Source: the human T2T-CHM13v2.0 reference genome, Homo sapiens. From it: a stretch of 64,000 bases of DNA. Below, piece by piece: positions 56,969-64,000 of this stretch. Every line of letters begins with the position of its first letter. Position 1 is the first letter of the stretch. The DNA is taken from NCBI RefSeq assembly GCF_009914755.1, contig NC_060942.1. The stretch is one strand, 5' to 3'. The notes below the pieces were generated by a model, which saw only the letters and a list, made by a program, of their open reading frames with translations, did no database searches and was not told the origin of the DNA. A program made the position numbers and the translations under genes.

Positions 56969-57021
56969 TTGCTCATTATCCACAAGATTTAGTTAAAAGA
57001 TTACATGAAAAGCAAAGGGTT

Positions 57022-57515
57022 TGGTGAGGCGTGGTGGCTCACGCTTGTCCCAGCATTTTGAGAGGCCAAGGTGGGAGGATTCTTTGAGCCCAGGAGTTTG
57101 GGACCATTCTGGGCAACACAGTGAGACTCCATCTTTCCAAAAAAATAAAAAATTAGCTGCGCCTGTGGTCCCAGCTACTCAGAGTGGGAACTCTGCTCTC
57201 TGACTTCAGGTTTCTATTTTGTCCTATTACACTTTGGGAGGCAAAGTAAGTCATAGGGCCACACCTAAAAGTCAATGTGAGTGGAGTAATGAAGTGCAAC
57301 CCTACCATGTGTCTGGAGGGTGGAGAGCAAGAAATATTTGATGAATATCACAAAGGAGTCCTGCAGAGGGTATTTCAGAACAATCATTCAATTGGGAGGA
57401 TCAGTTGAATCCAGGAGGTTGACGTTGGGGTGAGCAGTGATCATGCCCCTGCACTCCAGCCTGGGTGACAGAACAAGACCCTATTTCAAAAAATAAAAAA
57501 GAAAAGAAAAGAAAA
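57022..57515 (+). mobile_element. Alu (AluJ) interrupted by a 207-bp non-Alu insertion
   Basis: The Alu breaks after CCAGCTACTCAG and resumes at TGGGAGGATC. Confidence 0.92.
57183..57389 (+). repeat. Direct copy of 58848-59054
   Basis: 207 bp, colinear, about 17 mismatches by manual count. Confidence 0.95.
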
Positions 57516-58276
57516 TCAAAGGGTTTGACATGAGCTTTGAACCATTAGAAATGAAAATGTGATACTGGTTCATCAGCTGACATTTTAGATATAATTTTCC
57601 TTTTATTAATTAATCATTGAAGAATAAATAGTGGAATTGTCCAGTTATTTTCACCTCTGAGATAATGGCATTGATGTTGTTATTTCAATAAGCCTAATTG
57701 GGACAAAATGAAGCTGAATTCCTTAGTGTTTTTCCCCACATGGTAAACACTTGCATCCAGAGTGACTGAGTTCTTTTTAAAGTAACAAGTAGAGAGTAGA
57801 AGTGGGTTAATGTATAGACTTGCTGAGATTACATGAATTGTGAGTATTTTTGGGAAAGTTCAAGGAGCAAATTGCATTTAAAGCTGGGGCAGTATGGTCT
57901 TCAGATAGGTTTTTTATTTTCACTACTCCAAGCCAGGTCAGACTTCCCTTTCCTGAACAGCATTCCTATTAGCATCTCATTTACCTTCAAACTTGGCCAT
58001 TTATCAGCTCTTCACCCACAAAACTTTTGTCCTCGGCAGGACTGTGAGTTCAGGGTAGAGCACAATCATACCACCTCCTGCAGAGCTTTGTATACAGTAA
58101 CTGCACAATAAATATGTGTTGTATGAATCCATGAATAAATACATTTAGATGAGCAGCCAGTCAAATCACCACCACCAGATAAGTTCCCTTTGAGAGGGGA
58201 GGAATACATGCTCCAAAGAGCCCTGAATTTACATTCAGAGCAACTATCTTTGCTTCCTCAATCTATAACCAGTAAA

Positions 58277-58625
58277 CCAGTGCTGTCCAAGAGAAATATA
58301 GCACAGATTACAAATGCAAGCTGCCTATGTACTTTTCCATTTTTAGTAGCTCTGTTCTAAAAGATAAAAATAAACAAGCAAAATTAATTTTAAGATCATA
58401 TTTTATTTAACTCACCCAGTGTCTCTAAAATATTATTTCGTCGTGTAATTAATAGAAACTATTTTTTTCAACAACCAAGAGCAGGTAAAATATAAACTAT
58501 TAATGAGATTTTTACATTCCTCTTTCATGCCAGTTTTGAATCTGGTATGTGTTTTATTGGACCAGCCACATTTCAAATGCTTGATTGCTGCCTGGGGCTG
58601 GTGGCCATGCTGTTGAAGGACACAG
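58277..58625. mobile_element. MER33-like hAT element
   Basis: CCAGTGCTGTCCAAGAGAAATATA..CAGCCACATTTCAAATGCT..GGTGGCCATGCTG. Confidence 0.8.
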
Positions 58626-58744
58626 CTCCAGAGTTATGTTGGCTGTGAATAAACCCCGATTTCCTTTTTTGGGACACTGGAATAATACCTACCTCATAGG
58701 ACTTCTGTGAGGATTAAATGAAACCATGAAGTGTGAATGCGTAG

Positions 58745-59030
58745 GGTGGCTTCTAACAAGAAGGTTTATTTCTTGCTTTCCATTCATTGATGGTTTATTT
58801 CTTGCCACCCATTCATTGATGGTTTATTTCTTGCCACCCATTCATTCAGTGGGGACTCTGCCCTCTGACTTAAAGTTTCTATTCTGTCCTATTACATTTT
58901 AGGAGGCAAAGTAAGTCATAGGGCCACACCCAAAGGTCAATGGCAGTGGAGTAGAAAACTGCAACCCTACCATGTGTCTGGAGGGTGGAGAGCAAGAAAT
59001 ATTTGATGAATATCACAAAGGAGTCATGCA
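58745..59030 (-). mobile_element. MLT1J-like LTR fragment
   Basis: AAGGTTTATTTCTTGC; GGCAAAGTAAGTCATAGGGCCACAC..CCTACCATGTGTCTGGAGG..AAATATTTGATGAA. Confidence 0.65.
58763..58849. repeat. 3 x 29-bp tandem repeat
   Basis: Unit GGTTTATTTCTTGCCACCCATTCATTGAT. Confidence 0.95.
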
Positions 59031-59068
59031 AAGGGTATTTCAGAACAATCATTCTAATAATCATTTTT

Positions 59069-59401
<333 letters not shown>

Positions 59402-59542
59402 TCATTTCTCTAGTCCATACTACCACCAGAGATGGCATTTTAAACACAGTTTTTTTCTCCCAGCATATGTTTGTGTAAAGGGGTGAAAGGGATGGGGGAA
59501 CCACATTAAACATCCCAAAATGTTTTTTAGGAGCGGAATTAA

Positions 59543-59686
59543 TTTTTTTTTTTTTTTAGAGATGGAAGGGTGCAGGTCTCACTATGTTGCCCAGGCAGGT
59601 CTGTCTTGAACTCCTGGCCTCAAGCGATCGTCCTGCCTCAGCCTCCCAAGTCGCTGAGTTACAGGCATGAGCCACCACATTGGGCC
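59543..59686 (-). mobile_element. Alu left monomer (FLAM-like)
   Basis: Poly-T followed by a single J-type left arm. Confidence 0.88.
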
Positions 59687-60344
59687 CAAAGTGTTCGCAT
59701 ACAGTTCATACAAAGGTCTTGATCCTGCTGTGTCTTTGCACGTGCTAGCCCCGCCTGGAGCACTGCTCATCTGTTCAGAGTCAAGTCAAATGCCGCTTGC
59801 TTCATCCATTTTTTAGAGAGATGTTTCCCATGTGCTCTATGAATCTGTTCCAGGAGGGGGGAATTCCACAATGAAAAAACATCAAGTTTCTGCCCTCCTG
59901 GACTTTACTTGCCTCAGTTTCCTCTACAGAACTTCATCTTTCCCTTTTACATGGCACACTTCTATGATAGACAATTGTAGGATAGTCACTCGTCTGGATG
60001 CCTCTCTCTTTCACTTCTGTGGAGAAGGCCAAGGATCTTACTCATATTTAGAGCCAGCTTCTTCATATTCTCCAGGTTTGGAGACAAGGTTGCCTAAAAG
60101 ATTAGCCTCTGAAACAAAAATGCAGACGCCAACTAGTACGTCTGTCACAGAAGCAGCTCACCCTGGGATAGGGCTGCTGATGGATGAATCTAGGGGTGGT
60201 GGCCAAGATAGATTGTAAAATCAGCATAAGAGGTACTAGTGCATTTTATGCTCGATAAAAATGGGACTGGAGAGTAAGAACTGATTATTGAAACACAAGC
60301 AAGAGACCCATGGCATCTGACAGCTCTGCCGGCACTAGAGATGC

Positions 60345-60480
60345 AAAACCTATGATGGAACAGTTTTCTCATCTGTAAAATGGGGATAACAGCTACTTAA
60401 TGGGCTGTAGAGATTAAACCAGAGAATCTTTGTAAAGGACAGTGCCAGACACTTGGTAAGAATTCAATATATTATATTAT
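60345..60480 (+). mobile_element. MIR
   Basis: CAGTTTTCTCATCTGTAAAATGGGGATAA..ACAGTGCCAGACAC. Confidence 0.8.
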
Positions 60481-60637
60481 CCTTGCTACTGAAATAATTA
60501 TTTCAGTGATTCTGAATAGTATTTATTATTGTTTTAGATTATTGCTTTCATTATTACTGGTTTGGGGTACTACCTTCTACACCATGTGTTAGGTGGATCT
60601 GTTTTAGCCACTTGGGGCTCATTTGGCTGAAGGTACT

Positions 60638-61047
60638 TGTGTTTGTTCTTTTCTGCATTGCTATAAAGAAATAGCTGAGACTGGGTAATTTATAAAGAAA
60701 AGAGGTTGAATTGGCTCATGGTTCTGCGGGTGTACAGGAAGCACGGTACCAGCATCTGCCTGGCTTCTAGTGAGGCCACAGGGAGCTTTTACTCATGGTG
60801 GAAAGTGAAGTGGGTACCGGCATATCACATAGTGAGAGGAGGAGCGAGAGGGAGAGGAGGCCTAGACTCTAAATAACCAGATCTCTGAACTCAGAGAGAG
60901 AACTCACTTATTCCCAATGGGATGACTAAACCATTCACGAGGAATCCACCCCGCCGATCCAAACACCTTCCACCAGGCCCCACCTCCAACACTGGGAATT
61001 GCATTTCAATGTAAGATTTGGAGGGGACAAACGTCCAAACTATATCA
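60638..61047 (-). mobile_element. MSTA/B MaLR LTR
   Basis: GCATTGCTATAAAGAAATAGCTGAGACTGGGTAATTTATAAAG..GATTTGGAGGGGACAAACGTCCAAACTATATCA. Confidence 0.92.
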
Positions 61048-61665
61048 GTACTTCAGCTGGGCTGAACTGGGCTTATATTCTGTTCTGGTCCCCAAACAGA
61101 GAAAGTGAATCTGAGGATGTTGGCAGCTGACTTCCCAGCCTCATGAGGAGACTCTATCTGCAAAAAGAAGCTCAAGATGGGAGGCATTAAAAAACACAGA
61201 CACACATACACAAACAAAAACACACAAACAAGAAAAAAATATCCTGATGACACTGCCAGGCTCTCAAAGTCCAGATTTGCCTGAAGTTGGATCCACTTTT
61301 GGATGTTTGAGTTCCAGAAATTTTATTTTTTTGATAAAATTTGTGTGACTTTAAACCATGGTTTTAAAGCATGTTCGGAGTCATTCCTGCTGCCTGCTGT
61401 CCAGGGGTCAGTCACTGGACTTCCCGAATCCTGTTGGTGTCTGCTCGAAGCAAGGACCCCTCGAGCTGTCCTTGTCCAGGTTCCTTCTTTATTCTTCCAA
61501 GCCCTCCCCGAGGACACAGGTATTACACTCCTTTCTCAAGAGTATTCCTGTGGCTGTAGCTGCCCCAACAGCTCAGCTGGGCAGTGAGGAAGGGACAGGT
61601 GACTCATTCTTGCCTTCTCCAGCCAGGGAATGCAGGCTGGGTGGGGGGATATCTGGGATGCAGAG

Positions 61666-61666
<1 letters not shown>

Positions 61667-61703
<37 letters not shown>
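61667..61703. repeat. (TG)n microsatellite
   Basis: Direct reading. Confidence 0.95.
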
Positions 61704-61705
<2 letters not shown>

Positions 61706-62807
61706 TGCCTCGATGCTGAGTTGCTCCCCGCTGGCTCAGAGGTCACGCTCCTCCTTCAGCTTGCCTGCTGTCGGGGCTACACCATGGTCCACTCCCAAGT
61801 CAGGGCTCCTCAGCAGCGAGCTGTGTCAGACACCATACATTTATCCTAAATTCATCTTTTATGACACTTCCTTATCGTAGCTGGAGATCCCCAAATGATA
61901 GACATAAAATGTGTTATACCTCTAATTGTAACTTATCGGTGAGGTGGTGGTGGGACATTTTTTGGAATAAGACAAGGGCATGGAGTCCCCTCTGAGGCCG
62001 ACTTCACAACAGTCATCAGATTTAAAGACTGATGCATGTTAGATACTAACTCCTTGAAGTGAGCGTAGACTTTTGATCGTCCTTTTGCCAAGGAGAAAAT
62101 GTAAAGAGATTTGTTCAAGTTCACAACAGTTCACTTACCTTGAATTTATTTACTTGAACGCTACAATGGGAGTGCTGATTTTCCTCTGCCAAGCATCCCT
62201 TCCTTTGAAAGGTTTCTCTCTTTACTCAGTGCGATGATTCTGGGGGTGCCTCGATCGCAGCACCAGACGCTTCCCAGTTGACCCCAGGGGTGGTAGCTGC
62301 TCCAGTCAGGGTGCCCACCCATCAATAATAGTGACTGTAAAGGGTGGGCATGAGACCTTGTCATATTGGAACTGGGCATAGACGTAGCTGGACTGAGTTT
62401 TTATGTTTGTTTCTAGTACTTGCCTCTTGCTGTGTTTTAAATCCACGTTTCTCTGGTTACCATGAAGCTGAGTTTTTTTGGCACAATTCATTGTTATTAA
62501 TATAAAATAAATATTTATTCTAGCTTCAAAGTTGTTATACCTGAAGCTGCTAATTTTAAAAATGAATTTAAAATAACCACTTAATAATTCTGCTTTTACT
62601 AAGACAATGAAATGTGACTTTAAGAAGCCATATTTAAATTCAGCACCATTTGCTCATAGGTCTTTCAGAATTTGTTCTTAAACTTTCTGGAACTCTCCTG
62701 TTTGTAAACTACAGGAATTACTGAGCTACATGAGAAAGCCTCTCTGGGACAGGCAATGGGAAGTTAAACAAGGATATTAACTCCCGAAAGTGAAGGTAGA
62801 CTTTTTT

Positions 62808-63029
<222 letters not shown>

Positions 63030-63443
63030 TTATATGCATCCTTAGCCTTCAGGAAGGAGCTACAGTAAAGAGACACACTTAGCTGAAGGAAAAGAAGGAA
63101 GAAAACATAGCTTTCCTTAGAGGTCTCTTTTTTTATCCCAGAAGGAAATCCAAAAGTGTTGCATATCTGGTTGTCTGAAGCCAACCAGAATTTGAAAAGC
63201 TATATTATTTGTCAAACTAGGAATAGTATCAGTTGAGGAAGGAAAATGAAGGATTCAGCAGAAGATAAAATTGGAACTCAAGAACTCAAACCATCTTCCT
63301 GCCCATCCTCTTCCCTCTCCTTAGGATTGGCCACTCACTCACCACCTCCCACGGGAGTGGCCATGCTCACTTTAAAGACTCAGTTGAGATGCAGCCTAGA
63401 AGCAGGCAGTAAATTTTTGGTACCTTCCCACCCAAGATTATTG

Positions 63444-64000
63444 CATTAGTTTTCTATTGCTACTGCGACCAATTACTGTAGATCTTCTGACTTAAAACAA
63501 CACAAATTGCCTGCTTGTTGTGGTTTACACCTGAAATCTCGATATTTTGGGAGGCTGAGGAGCGAGGATCACTTGAGCCCAGGAGTTCAAGACCAGCCTG
63601 GGCAACATAGTGAGACCTCATTTCTACAAAAATAAAAAGATTAGCTGGGTATAGTGGTGTGTGCCTGCAGTCCTAGATACTCGGAGGATGAGGTGGGAGG
63701 ATCGCTTGAGCCCGGGAGATCGAAGCTGCAGTGAGCAGAGATCACACCAATGCATTCCAGCCTGGGCCACAGAGCTAGACTTTGCCAACACAAATTTAAT
63801 ATGTGACAGTTCTGGAGGTCATCAAGAGGCTGGCAGAGCTGTGTTCCTTTCCAAATGCTCCAGGAAGAATCTGCTTCCTCACCTTTTGCAGGTTCTAGAG
63901 GCTGCCCAGACTCCTTGGCTTATGGTCCCTTCCTCCATCTTCACAGCTAGCCTTGGCTGATCAAGTCTTCTCCCAGTGCATCACCCAATACTGGTTCTCT
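63444..64000 (-). mobile_element. MLT1C/D-like LTR split by an Alu, running off the window
   Basis: ATTAGTTTCTATTGCT..CTTAAAACAACACAAATT..CAGTTCTGGAGGTC..TTCTAGAGGCTGCCC. Confidence 0.82.
63510..63780 (+). mobile_element. Alu (AluJ), tail lost
   Basis: Dimer; TSD CAACACAAATT. Confidence 0.92.

Noticed and set aside
58763-58849. 29-bp repeats (and the repeats at 3536-3630) as a CRISPR-like array
   Set aside because: The units are contiguous with no unique spacers, there are no cas genes, and the context is primate genomic DNA.
59421-59440. CCACCAGAGATGGCA, and TGGCCACCAGCAG at about 8764, as CTCF sites
   Set aside because: The spacing or the 3' half departs from the core consensus.
61358-61880. 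163-aa ORF, the longest in the track
   Set aside because: It reads through a (TG)n microsatellite (VCVCVC) and has no recognisable homology.

Overview
This is a primate (human-like) non-coding window dominated by interspersed repeats. It holds about 40 Alu copies plus L1, L2, L3/CR1, HAL1 and MIR relics, several DNA-transposon fossils (near-full Tigger1, Tigger4a, MADE1, MER5/33/53/58, Kanga-like) and many solo LTRs (MLT1/MLT2/MST/THE1, LTR16, MER50-like). There is one two-LTR ERV1 (MER34-like) proviral relic at about 20.5-28.8 kb. I find no credible protein-coding exon, tRNA/rRNA or CRISPR array; the ORF track consists of Alu, L1, Tigger and low-complexity artefacts. The main candidate functional element is a CpG-island promoter at about 47.75-48.46 kb with ETS, YY1-like and GC-box motifs and a perfect heat-shock element, but no recognisable gene. 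The most unusual structural signal is four independent locally templated insertions (3.5, 13.1, 37.1 and 57.2 kb), where nearby sequence was copied in, three of them inverted, consistent with template-switching repair. Repeat subfamily names are recognised from memory of consensus sequences, and boundaries are approximate. I cannot support a new gene system from the sequence alone.
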